Below, one piece after another: positions 48,301-61,162 of a stretch of DNA of 64,000 nt (position 1 is its first letter; each line of letters opens with the position of its first letter). This DNA comes from Psammoneis japonica. Its lineage: Eukaryota. Below the pieces are notes generated by a model. It was not told where the DNA came from. It did not search any database and was given only the letters and a program-made list of their open reading frames with translations. A program made the translations under genes and the position numbers. The stretch covers positions 396,182 to 460,181 of the forward strand of contig QPGO01000036.1 of assembly GCA_008632985.1 (NCBI GenBank). Reading direction: 5' to 3'.

Positions 48301-49736
48301 CAAAATCGATCTTGACACCTCGTCATCACTGAGACTTCAGTGTCTGTTTGCCTCCCAGGGATTGGGTGGTTCGAAAAAATGCCAGCAGGATGCCGACAGA
48401 CCAAGCTGGCAAGAAAAGTGGAATGAGCAAAATGCACACTGTGTGGTGATGTTTCACATCATCAAATTAAATGTGTGCTTGCAGAGCAACACACAAAAGC
48501 AAGCACTTTAGCTCTTCCCTTCTTTGAATCCCAAACTTGGAAAGTTGCAATCCACTGCCCGGCCTGTCATCGGGGCCATCTCGAGCGGCTACGAAGAGGC
48601 CCAGCACAATGAAAAAAGGGGGGTGAGCAAGATGCAAGGGACCGAGCACGGGTGGAAAGGCGTTGTGAGCAAAATGCACATTTTGGCAAGACACACTGTC
48701 ACTGCATTGCTTGCAGTGCCCCAACATGAACCATGCCACATTTGATTGCTGTGAAATTGTGTGGAACCTGCAAGGTGTTGCACGATGTTGTCGAAAGCAG
48801 CAAGCACGAGAAAGACATGATGGTGAACAACAAGCAGAGTTGTGTGCGTGAGCCAACAATCAACACGAACTCAACAAATGTGCCATGTGAAGCACAACGT
48901 TGGCACTTGCATTGAGACATGATTCACAATTTTTCGATCGGCACAAAATCAAAACCATGCAGCAGGCTCTCGTGCAAGTGCGAATTGAGTCTTGCATCTT
49001 GAGTCAAGCAAAACAGTCCTTGTGGTGACGTTTCTCATTTCGCTGGGGTCCACAGCTTGCAGGCGATGTGACAGAAACAATGCCGAAATTCAGGCGCTCA
49101 TTCCTGTGAATGTGAGACACAAAAGAGCTGAGCACATGGATGTTTGAGAGAGCGAGAGCGAGAGAAATGGAGACATTTCATGAAACGCAAAACGGGTTGC
49201 AGCGGCTTGCCTTCAATGCATCACAAGCCATCCCCTCCCATGCTTCTTCTTGAATCTCCCATTGCTGTCTCAACACAAACAAACAGCGCGAATGAAATGC
49301 GCTGTTTTTGAAAAGCAGCAGTGCCATTTCAAAAACTCTTTTCAAAAACTCTCGCATTTTTCACTGCGACGAAGTGTGGAGAGTCTCGAGGCTCTTCGCC
49401 TCCTGTTTTTTGGAGTCTCTCTCTCTTTGCCTCAAGACTCACGCAGAACCTGCACAAAATCCTGGTGGGGCGAAGAGAGATTTTGCCCCCACGTGAACGA
49501 CACCTGCCCTGTGGCAGGGGAGCTGTGTGTGTGTTCGTGGTTGCACGCGCACGGCTTTGCCGTGCATTGACTTTCAATGTTAATGTCCACATGCATGTGT
49601 GTGTTCCACAAGCAAAAATTCCCATTCCACAGCTCCCCTGAAACCAACTCGAACCACCAAAAACTGAGGGTGCGGAAGCGCGCTTTTTGGAAGACAGCGC
49701 ACACACCAAAACATCACGCGTTTTGATGGCTCGACC

Positions 49737-51697
49737 ATGATGTTGCCTCGTGGTTCTTCCCCATCGCCTTCCCAGGACGCCGATCCTGCTGACGGCAGTA
49801 TGAAATGGTCGTCTACGTTACGCATGACGGTTGGTTGCTTGGGAAGATCCACTCCAACCCTAACGTGGAGTCTTTTGGCCTTGCACGGTGGCGATACCGT
49901 CGTGTCGGGTGATTCCTTGGGTCATGTTCAGTTTTGGAATGGCAAGACAGGAACGCTCATTTCGAGTTGTAATCAGAATGATTCTCATGCAGACGTATTG
50001 TGCTTGGCGACCACTCGAGACGAGTCGCGTGTGTTTGCGAGTGGGGTGGATTCAAGAGTGGTGTGTATCGAGAAACAACTACACAAGAATAATTGGATCT
50101 TGACTCATGCGCAACGACCGCATACACATGATGTCAAGGCTATGGCTGTAGCTCATGATGGCGGTGGCGATTCTCAGGAGTACTTGTGCAGCGGTGGTAT
50201 CGATGCCAAGTTGTGTGTCTACAACACCAAGCGAAAAGAGTTTGCCAAGGATCGCCCGAAAATCATATATCCGTGGCCAAGCGTGTCGCCCATTACGGTG
50301 GCGCCGCACGGCCGAATCTTGGCCTTGATAAGACCTGCTTCCATTGACTTTTTCAAATTGTCACAGCCTGTGCACGATTCTTCTTCATCCCTGGTAGCTG
50401 ATCAAGATGCAGGGGAAGTCTTGTCCACGTTAAACATCAAGAGTTCAACAAATCTCATTTGTGCTGCCATGGATTCGGGCGCGACTTTTTTGGCTGTCTC
50501 GGATGCGCTGGATGGACTACTCATATTTCAGTTGGACATCAACCTACATGACAAAGCAGTGAATTCAATTCCAGTGCCGCTGCCTTCGTCCATGAGATTC
50601 CCTTGTGTTTCTGTCACTTTCTGTGGACCGAGTCGATTAGCTTGCGCTACAATCCATGGTAAGATTGTTATTGTGGAACTCGGAAAAGACGACAGCGACA
50701 AGGTCGTGGTTGAGAACCACCATATTGTCTCTACCGACGACGTGGTAGATCAGAGAATGGGCTTGTTCTCAATCCATAAACTCAGTGCCTCGCATGATGG
50801 ACAATGGCTTGTTGCATGCCAAAATGGTTTGAATCAACATGGACAGATTCAAGTCTTTTCGAAAAATGACGATGGCTCCTATCAGCATTTCTGGACTGTA
50901 CCGAAACTCGATGTCCCATTTACAACCGCAGACTTTTTGCTTGGAGAGAAGGCACAGTTGATTGTTTCGTGTATCAACTACGGATTTTATATCTTTGACT
51001 TGAAGGAAAAGTCTCTTTCAAAATGGAGTGAGAAGGCTGGCTTTCCAATTACGCCGGTTTTGCCTCAGGAACTAGCGAGTCGTAATGATTACCCGGTTCG
51101 ATTTGCCTTCAACAAGGCAACTCCCAACAAACTTTTAATGGTACCTTATTGATTCACCTTGCCATGACAAAGCAAGAACGTTATTGCGTCATGCCGGTAA
51201 AGAAACTTTCTTCGTGGCGTGCACGCTTGTCACCCTTGCAAGATTGACCTGCCCTTATTTTTTTCGCCCATTTGTGCAACACGAAAGAACGCACCCGTGG
51301 TATAGTAGGGGGCTACAATCCATAACGACCATGTATATCTCGTGAAACGGATATCACTTACACGGTTTCGCTCTTTGTGTCCTTTATTTTGCAGGGATCG
51401 TTTGGCGCCCTTTGTTCTGTTGACTTGGACAAGGCGATACCAAAGCACTGTCGCATTTTCCCAGAAAGGCACGTGCGAGGGGTCAAACGTCGTAAACCAA
51501 ACGAACGAAATGACGATTCCCAAGACGAAACAGTTTCTGACCAAGAGACGAACAACTTGACCTTTTGCTTACGTTACAATAGCGTTCTTCACATGAACTT
51601 TCTCGAAGCAAATGAGTTGCTCGTTGTGGAACAACCGTGGCTAAGCGTCGTGGCGAGCTTTCCCGACGCCATGGAAAGAAAAGTTTACGGAAGTTGA
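49737..51697 (+). CDS. UTP4: U3 snoRNP protein UTP4 (cirhin)-like WD40 protein, lacking the N-terminal part; exons ~49737-51140, 51395-51697
   Basis: VVSGDSLGHVQFW, HADVLCL, VFASGVD, HTHDVKAM, SGGIDAKL, and C-terminal ELLVVEQPW..V...FP....RKVYGS. GT-AG intron is in frame. Recognisable similarity starts mid-protein at the repeat-domain edge. Confidence 0.8.
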
Positions 51698-53171
51698 CTT
51701 CGTCATGGTGAGTTCTTTCGACGATTACAACATTGGAATGATGCGCAAAAACGCAGCGGTGCCCAGACGATACCATACTCCCACGTTTTACGGTACCTCC
51801 AAATTACAATCGATCCTTGCAACATCAAAAGCGCCCCTTCAGTTTGAGCTGCTTGTGTGCCATCATCGGCACGAGCGGTATAGATGCAGGGGACACTGCA
51901 AGCCACAAAATGAAAAGCACAAACGGTCAAAGTTTCTCACCTACTCGTTTTTGCTATCTCGCACTTGTCTAGCTATCACAGTTGCTTGGTTGATGCCGAT
52001 TAACGTGCTGGGCGCTAAAAGGTGAGAAGTAGATAGTGCCGGATCCTGCTTTGGTGACCGCAAGACGCAGCGGTATCAATCATCGATTACTCTACGCTTT
52101 GATACCTCCTATTCACATATTCCTTGCAACAATGAGCATTCGCCGATTATCTGAACTGGTTTCGTACATTTTGGTGACTTGACATTTTGCTTGATGGCAT
52201 GTTGTCTCTAGGTGGCGTAGGTGTTGCCAGTTAAGTCCAGAGGTCGGGGCAAATCGAATGCGTCTCTCCGGCCTTGAGTCCATGTCACTCTCGTGTCTTT
52301 GAGCGTAGGAAGTTGCCTGTTCGCTTGACCCGTCAGGTCACGGCTGTTGAAATAGACAGCAGCGTTCGTCTGTGAAGCAGCAAAAGCTCGCCAAGCAGAT
52401 CATGCCGTTGACGGAACGCGGGTTTGGGGTTCCGTCGTATCAGTGACATGATACGGTAAGTCTTCACTCGTAGGGAGTGTTGATTTAGAACGCGGTCGAC
52501 TCGCAAGTTTTCTTGTTGTCTCCGTAGTACGTCCCCCCTTTTACTTTTTTTTTTAAGTGATGTTTCACTCTGAAGATACGTAAAAGCTTGAGAGCCATCT
52601 TTTGACGGCGCTCTTGAGGCAACGTTACCCTACGCAACCGATTTCAATAGCTACTTTTTATGTTGGTGTGTTTCATATTTTTGAAACACGCTTTGAACCT
52701 TTACAATAGAAGTAGAAAGACTAAAAGTACGACATAGTAATCCTTATTTGCGTGTAAGCTATTCCGTACGTACGTCAATGGACTGCGATGACGGTCGTAT
52801 AGCGCTTGCGTTGATGTTGTTGCGCGTACTTTGATGTTGTCGTGTCTATTTTTTACCACGCTGCTCTCTTTTTTCAGATGGGATCCGTAATGGGGTATTC
52901 GTTACGGTATGCTCCATAAGATGATGTGTGCTACCTATAGACTATTTCGGCGCTGATATCGCCTGCTGTTTTTTGTGGATTCGTCGTGTTCACTTGTTGT
53001 TAGGGAGTTGCAAGTGTTCTGCCGAACTGGCGGAACAACAGAATAATTATAATTCTGAAGTAGCTAGCTAGAATACTCTCCGTCCAGAGATGAATGAAAA
53101 AGATTCGAAATTCGTAAGTTTATTGATGTGACGGTACTAAGGTCCGTATATCCTCCACTGGCTATTATAAT

Positions 53172-53555
53172 AATGTTTGAATACCTTTTTCACCTGAACA
53201 ACAAGTCCCCAATCAACATTCTCGAGCTTGTCTTTGAAGTTGGCCTTGAGCGCGTTGACCGATGCACGCGTCAGGGTCGAGTCGACGCCGTGAGACGAAT
53301 CGAATGGACGACAGTATTGACTATTGGGAAGTCTTCATTGACAATCATGATGGCCACGGGCGAACCCTTGCGAGCGGTCTCTTGCTCCTTGCTGTAGCTC
53401 TCAACGAGGTCATTTTCCAAACGCGTAGTCCTCCCAAGGCTGGGAGACACAACGTTAGCGCCGACTTTGAGAATACCTTCCGTAACTTTAAGACCAACAA
53501 TGATTGGATCCTTTTTGTTTAAAATGTGTAGAGGCAAAACTTTGATACACGCAGC
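53172..53555 (-). pseudogene. eIF5B: eIF5B C-terminal (domain IV) fragment, frameshifted
   Basis: CIKVLPLHILNKKDPIIVGLKVTEGILKVG...EQETARKGSPVAI..., then in another frame LTRASVNALKANFKDKLENVDWGLVVQVKKVF. No upstream GTPase domains. Confidence 0.8.
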
Positions 53556-53589
53556 CCTGGTGATGCGTTCGATTACGTCGCACTGTCAG

Positions 53590-55890
53590 CCTTCCGGAGC
53601 GGTAGTGGCCGCTGCACTCTATCTGTTTTCAGTCAAAACCACCCCAGATGTGACAGGGGCGGTAACAATAGCTGTGGTAGCAACCACAGACGCCACGATG
53701 GCACCTATTCCAACCCCTAAGCCAGTGGCCGTCGCCCCTCCGGCTGCAGCCGCAGCTGTTGCAGCTTCTGCAGTGGCTGTGTTTGCTGCAGCCTCAACCG
53801 CCATTTGCTGAGCGACTGCTTGTACGCTAAGGTAAGGTATTGAGAATAGTGAATCCACGATAAATCAGTGGGAAAACTCTTTAATTCAATCATACCAAGT
53901 CAAATACATTGTATGAGAAAACTTACGCTGGCGGTACAGTACCAGTTCCTCCTTCTCCCTGTCTTTGAGGTGCATCGGTGCTGAAGGGGTCTGTTTGACC
54001 CAAGCTTTCCATCTGACCTGCACCAGCGTCGTCGTCATCATCCGTCTTGACGATAGACTATTTCAACTTTGATGCTGCCAAGGCAACGGCTTCCAACCCA
54101 GCTACACCGGCACTCTTTTACATATCGCCGCCCTCTTCTTCTTCATCGTCTGTGTCATTCTCCTTCTCGTTCGTCTCGTCGCTCTCGACATTGGAATCAG
54201 GTGCACTTTCGTCTCTCCGTGGCATTTAGAATGGACTTGAGCTCGGCAGCTGTGAATGGTTTATTGACTCTTGCCGTAGATGGCCCAACCCCCAGTCTTG
54301 TAGAAATCGCCGAGCATGCAGTAACGGGTGTCTTCTCATTGACATAATTTTTCGCTGTGTCAGGAACATGAGAATAAAGTGGGCCTGGAGCTTTTCCCAC
54401 TCCTCCTGCTTGTCGTTCAATTATGGTAGCAGTGCACGACGACTCAGTCATCTGCCCGAAGAACACCTCAGTTTACTTTGAGTATGAAATCTGTCTCTGG
54501 GATTGTAGCGCTCCCGGACTGGTGGCGCGAGACGGCTCAGACATTGGCCAGCATGTTTGCGATTTGATTCGGGGCCGCACTCTCCAAAAAGTTCCGTTTT
54601 CGTGGGTACAGCAAAGAGCGGCGAATGCCACACCGGAAGAGCCATGCTCAGCAATCGCTGTAGCGTTAACTCAACTGAAACAGGTTGTTGCTTCATTCCT
54701 TGCCGTATTTTAGTAATTCTTCGTGGCCTTCAGAATGGACATGAGCTCAGCAGCTGTGAACGGTTTATTGACTCTTGCCGTTGATGGCCCGACCCCCAGT
54801 CTTGCTGTTTCGGAGCAATGAAAAGGTGGTCCATTTGCCAGGAGTTTCTGTTTTGGCGGAATACTATTTTCCGCCCTTCTCACTGAGCGATGAATAAGTT
54901 CCCAATCATTGTCAGATGGTCCACTTAGCTCATCGGAATCGTGTCCAGCACAAGTAGCGTCATCTGTATGACTGCTTTGGTCTTTGTGCGAATCCAGGTC
55001 GTCCTTGCTGCCGGCATGAGCCCAGAGTACAAGGCTTGTTTCGAAACTTGTAACCTCCGTTCCATCATTCATCATATATGCCGGAGGGCTTGGCACAAAA
55101 GTAGGATGATACCACACACCCGTCACTAGCGGTATAGCAACGGAGGCAATGTCGGTTGTACCTTGACGCTGGTTTTCGTACCTGGCAAAGTATCTCAACA
55201 CTTCGCTCGTCTCCGCAGAAGTGAGATCAACAAGACCGGTGTCTGGTGCTATGCCCAAAAATCGAGGCTCGTTATTCAAAATGGACAAAACCTTTCAAAA
55301 TTTGGTAAGTGAGAGGTTGGAGGGAAAATAAAGCATCTTTGTATAAAGATCCGTGATCATATTTGCTGAAGCTTCTTTTCGTGTACGTACCTGGCGGGTG
55401 TCAACGGCATAAAACCAATATATGTTGGCATGTTCGTGGCATCCCGAAGGAAGAACGACATGGTTAGTACTCGGCTTCTTTGGTTCCAGTACGTATTCTC
55501 TCCACCCTTCCTCTTTGATGTCAAGGTAGGCTTTGTACCTTGGAGAAGAATAGAGTGGAAGCAGGCGCCAGAGTTAGAGTGGGTAAGGCACGAAAAATGC
55601 TTCGTACCTGGACATGTTGAGGTGTGTGTATGATGTGCTTACCCTCGAACGAGTCCTTTTCCAATAAAGACAGCTCTAGACTCGTCTGATTCGCCCAACT
55701 GGAAATCAAGCCGATCTCGGAGAGGAAATCCGTCCTGCAATGTTCCTGACACCCCCAGAATCATGAACTGGGGTGGCTCAGTGTTGTAAGAGTCACTGTG
55801 AGCAGTTGCTGCTGCCGATTTCAGCCACGAAATGGAAACGACGAGCCTTCCAATGTATCCAGCAACAGATCGCATGCCGGTGAAAGGCAT
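53590..55890 (-). CDS. Probable multi-exon gene or gene relic of unknown function
   Basis: Several minus-strand ORF blocks with normal composition (55639-55890, 54710-55288, 54197-54466, 53619-53820) and nearby GT donors. Includes an Ala/Val/Thr hydrophobic segment. Exon structure not resolved. Confidence 0.3.
54215..54805. repeat. ~85-bp direct duplication (54215-54300 and 54720-54805)
   Basis: Both copies encode RLGVGPSTARVNKPFTAAEL.SIL.AT on the minus strand. Confidence 0.85.
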
Positions 55891-55935
55891 GATAAGAAAG
55901 AAGAAATTGTGAAGAAGGCTCGAGAATATTTTAAT

Positions 55936-55973
55936 GCGGTGAGCGGTGAGCGGTGAGCGGTGAGCGGTGAGCG
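55936..55973 (+). repeat. (GCGGTGA)5 heptamer microsatellite
   Basis: Five perfect GCGGTGA units plus GCG, read directly. Confidence 0.9.
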
Positions 55974-56099
55974 CCATGTTTTTTTGCGGAGGTTCTACCG
56001 GTACCGGTAGATAGAGAGTAGGTTATTGTGGGTTTTGCGAATGGATTTTGCGGTGGATCTTATTCCGTCCGGATGACGTAACTCCGGGTACAGTGCTCA

Positions 56100-59000
56100 A
56101 CGTCGTTCTTTTGCTCACATGCCCACAATGTCGACCTCTTATGTTGGGATTGGGAGCGGTCGCAGCAGACAGCGCCGGCAGAGAGCATAGCCTCCACTCT
56201 GCAGCCACCATGCACAATGTAGGTCATCTCTCTAGACAGTGCAGTCCAACAATGAAGCAGGAGCCAACTGATGTCAAGCTGGCGGGCGGAGTGTGAAGAG
56301 CACAGAATGGGAAGTGAGTGGATCTGCCACCCAAAACCCTCCTTTTCAACATTTGCTCATGAGTGCAAGTGTGCTCGGTGTCCAAACAATGCTCATGAAC
56401 ACAATTGCACCCAATTTGCCAACAGTTGGGGCTGTGCCAATGTGAGCGAGCGGATGATGGGTCACACCACGGACACAAAAAAGCGCGCTCTTCCAACGCA
56501 GGATTGTGGTTGGTCAAAGCATCTGATCAGTTGTGGGGCCAGATTTGCAAAATCATGTCTCTCTTGGGAAAACGCAGTGCACTCTGATGTGCATCAGAGT
56601 TGGCAGTTGTGTTTTGGAGTTGGCCAGCCCTGCTCATTTCCTCTTCTCACTCATCTCGTCAACCTGGCTTTTCTTTCACACCTTGCGTCAATGACACTCT
56701 CACTCTCCCTTTGTTCTTGTTTTCACTGCCATCTTCAGCGCCATTTCCCTCCAGATCTGTGTCATCACATTCCTTGGTTGTGCATCCCTGTCCAGGTCTG
56801 CTGCCTGCCACAAGTGTTGCTGCCCTCCTCGCGCCACTGTCTTCTCTCCCACAGGGGGCTGTGGTGTTTGCAAAATGACTGTGTTGAAGCAGCTGTGCTT
56901 CAGTGCCTTGGGTCTGGATTTGCAAAACCACAGATCTCCCTTGGAAAGATGCAGCATGCTCTGATGGGTGCCAGAGTTGACAGCAGTCTTGGAGTGTGAG
57001 CTCAGACCCTGCTCATTTCCTCTTCTGGCTCACCTTGCCAACCCCATTGTTTTTCCCACCATGAAGGATTCTTGCTCTTGTTGCTCTTCTTTTCACTCTT
57101 GCTGATGACTGCAGGTTCATCAGCTCTGCCATCTTTTAAGCTCTTCCCCCCTGGATCTGTTTCGTCATCTTCCTTGTTTGCAGTCCCTGACCACCCACCC
57201 ACCACTGCTCCCCAGGCATGCACACTCTCCACATGCTCCAACGTTGTGGCAGGCACGGGGTGGTTCTTCACAAAAACAGCATCAACACTGCTGCAAAGAC
57301 AAGCCTTGCATCACCAACCACATGTTGGAGAGATGTGTTCCAGCTCTAGGTGGGACCTTGCACTGGTGCCAGACTGTGACGTCAATGTTGACTTTTGCAG
57401 CATTTTGTGTCATTTGCAGTCCAACATTTTTTGTGTCATTTGCAGTCCAACCACTGTCAGGCCATCCATTTGACAAGAACTTTCAATGTTTTTTCACACA
57501 GTGCAATTCTCCAATTTCTTGGAAAATGTTCAGGGTGGGAGCAGCTTCGATCAATGACTTCAAGCTTCAAGAGGCACAAATTGCACCACAATCTTGGTCA
57601 TTTGCTCACATGTCAAAGACAAATGTTCTTTCATTTTGCCCAACACATGAGCTGCAGAGCTTGCAGACAAAATTTGGTGGACCCACATGTCACACAGAGT
57701 CTCACCTGGGGTGGCAGTGCATCAAAAGTTGTGCTGGAACTTAAGCTCTCAAAAGGTGACATGCCCCCAGGATGTGCCTGAAGAATGTTCTGGAGAGAAG
57801 GCACCAAGAGGAGGGCAACATGGAGTTGACTTCACACGTGGCAATTGGCCTTGTGATGATGCTTTGCTCAAGAAGGCTTGCTGAGTGGAAGATTTTCATT
57901 TGAAAGATCAACAACTGGGAGCTTGTCTTTTCATTGCTTGCCAACAAAATTTGAGCAGAACAGGTCATCAGTTGTGGAAAATTGCTGCTTGCTTGGCATT
58001 TCCAACATGGTGCTTGTTGCTGCTGAACGTTTTGCAGTCTCACCCTTCATTGCAAAAAGAACAGCAAGGTGGGGCTCTGGCAAGAGTGGTGTGTGTGCAG
58101 CCACACATCATTTCTTGCAGCGTTCACCAAGAAGAGCCAGGGAATCTTGGCACTGGCAATGGATTGTTCCATGGCAACTGGGGTTCTTGACATGTTGTTG
58201 CCATTGCACTCTGTTGTTTGATCCAGCAGGTCAATGGCCTGCTCCAGGTCTGGCTCAATGCTTTCAAAGTGTTGCAGATTGGGTTGACAAACTTGCCCTT
58301 GTCTCGTCATTTGCCTGATCTCCAACCCATGCCATTCTTGCCACAGAGGCAAGAAGTTGCCTTCAACCCATGGATGGCCTTTTTCTTTTCAAAGCCAAAA
58401 ACACATGTCACTTCAGCGAAAGAAAAGTTCAATGAAAAGTGCTTGTGACTGCCAGGCAAGGGGCACTCTTGTGTGTGTGCCTTTGTGGTGGTGGTTCAAG
58501 GTGCACCTTTTCTTTTTTCACCAGCAGGCTTTTGAGGTTTGCCCATCCACTGATGGGCAATCTCTGTGGCAAACTTGGCAAACCACCAGCAGTGGCTGTT
58601 GCAACAGCCACAACAGACAAGACTGCACTGCAACAAGCAGAGCCAAAAATCTGTGTTGTCCTTTCCATCTCACCTTTGTGCTGCTGACCAGCACTGCAAA
58701 AAAGAAGTCAATGTCTTTGGAAAGCTCACACAAGCATGTGAGCCACACTGTTCTCCAAGGGACTGTGCAGCTGCCATCTTGAATGCATTGTCAGTGTTGA
58801 AAATTTCTCCCTGGACTTTGATCTTGATGTGTGGAGCTGCTTGAGACAATTGTCAGAAAGACAAGCACACAATGCATGCCACAACTTTCACTCTCTGGCT
58901 TGTGCAGAAACTGTTGAACAACAAGAACGTTGTGAACAGCACGTGCCTTCACTCAATTCTGACAATCAACTCAAACAACACACAGCAGCAAAATGAAAAA

Positions 59001-60130
59001 GTTGGTTGTGTTTCTCTTTTGACCATGGCACTCATTGCAGTGGCCGTGGGTGCTGACACCACTCCAGCTCTGGTTGCTTGCTGCTGACTTTTGTTGCAGT
59101 GCAAGGTGTGTGTGAGTGTGTTCTTGTTGTGATCATGCATGATGTTGTTCCTTTCTCTTTTGCAGTTCATCCAGCACTCACCTTGCTCTTGCCTTCCTGT
59201 GCACAGAGACAGAGTTGTCATTTTGCTGTGGTCATGCTGGGCACAAAGCAGACACTTGTGACACAGAACTTTGAAATGCTGGTTTCTGGGTTGCAGGGTG
59301 GTCTGAGATTTTCAAGATGAGAGGATGTGTGCCAAAGACTGTGTTTTCGAATTAAAGACACCAACAAGGGCACTTTAAAAAGCAGAGCAGCAGTGTGAGG
59401 CTGCCCATTGGGGCTGAGCAGATGTGACACTCTCCTGTCTCCCAACAAACTTGCTGATGTTGGAACAAGAGGTGGCCTCTTGACAATTGCTCCAACCAAG
59501 GCAGTGGCAAAATTCCACACTTTTGAGCTTGTTGCAGCTTTTGCTGCCATGATGAAGCAGCATGAGTGTGGAAGCAGGGTTGCTCACACTTGGACAGATG
59601 TTGCACTCAGTCTTGCAACACCCAAGACAACATCTTGTAAATTGTCCAGACCTGAAGCCATGATGTGAACTCTCGCTTGAGCTCAAAGATGCAGGGTGTT
59701 GGATTGTGGGGTCACCCATTGGGTGGGGCAAGGGCAGGCATGAAGGCTTCAGCCTCTCTTGTCAGCTGCTCTTCATGGGGCCACAAAGCAGTGGCACAAA
59801 AACTTGTGCGCATGTCCACTGCAGTTGGGAGAAGAACGGATTTTGCCAATGTTAGATGGGGAAACCCAGTTGGGCATTGCGGGTGGACCAGGCAATTGGC
59901 CTTTGCTGACAGTCACAAAGCAGCAGTGCAATTCGCTAACACATTCACCAAGGTGGGGGGCATTGCATCAGTTGTGGGGTTGTCCAGTCAGGCCACCTGT
60001 GTGGCAGTCTCAAACCAGCGCAGAAAAACTCACCCCATCAGTTCCACCAATGAGTCCTTACAAAGAGGTGTTTGTTGCGACCGTCCAGTGACCATGTCAG
60101 ACCATTTGCATGAAGGCTGGTGCTTGAAAT
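56100..60130. other. TpA- and CpG-depleted hypermutated repeat domain 4, element family unresolved
   Basis: Both TA and CG are nearly absent and TG/CA is in extreme excess. No confidently recognisable protein motif remains. Confidence 0.85.
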
Positions 60131-61162
60131 TTTGATGGCTCAGTTAGTTCAAGAATGTTGCAGTCCATTAGAAAAACGCGCTTTCTCTCTACTCCAACAT
60201 GCGGTTTGCTTCTACAGCTCAAGATTCAGGCTCGCAGCATGGCAAGCTGAGGCCGTTTCAGGCGTTAAGTTGTTGAAACAGAGAGACGACATTAACGAAA
60301 GAGAATTCATGGACCGCGCTCTAATTCAGGCTTGCATGGCTGTCATATAAGTCGTGTCGCTTGGGAAGCCAAGCTTGTTTTTGAAACATTGACGAAAGAG
60401 AATAGGCATTCAGGGAGCAAGAATGTAACAAGCTTCCCATGAAAAAAAGTACAAATCATACCTCTCTAGAGAGACAAGAAAAAAGTCTCCTACAAGGATT
60501 AGAAAACAGATTCCCTGAAACTTTTACGCTGTTTACCATGGTCGTACTTTTAGCTAGCACATCAGCTGAATTGCGTACTCCTGCTGCCAATGGACTCCAG
60601 TAGCTGGCTCTTCTGCGCGCTGACAGTATGTTCATGACTCGGCATAGTACCTGCGCCGTCAACCCTTGGCAAGGTAGCGCGACACTCTGAACTCTAATAA
60701 AACGCATTTCCTTTTCTGCAGTGAAATCTCGTTCCGAGCAAAGAGTCCGGGAAGCCCACCTATCGTCGCATGCTGCGTCCAACTTCTTAGGCTAGCAGAG
60801 ACTTCCAACCTCGCATTAGATCGCGATTTCGTCGTTAGTTTTTTTCGTCCAGTGTTTCGGCTCTGAGCTTTTTGGTAACTATTTTTGTTTGACATGTCGG
60901 TGACCCACCGTCGTGTTTATTGTTAGTGAACATGTCGCGTCTGCCTTTAGTCCACCAAATATCAGTCAATACAATACCACATCCCCGCCGCGCCATCTTG
61001 TTCGCATTGTCCAAATGTCAAGCCTACACAGTCAGCGCTGTGCTTCTCTTGAGAATTTCTGTTTTTCTGAGTCTGGCATCGGAGGTGCGACAAACGAAGA
61101 ACCAAGCTAGAAAGAAGTACCAGTATAGTTGACGCTGCGCTTCTCGAGAATGTCCGTGTTTG

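Larger units (their letters stand above)
40790..49790. other. TpA-depleted hypermutated repeat domain 3 (CpG partly retained)
   Basis: TA is rare over ~9 kb and the ORFs are Cys/His-rich. Normal composition resumes inside the UTP4 ORF at ~49800. Confidence 0.9.

Noticed and set aside
59030..59210. VVSAPTATA on the minus strand as a PIF1/Helitron helicase motif
   Set aside because: No convincing Walker A/B or Rep motifs could be recovered nearby. Too decayed to call.
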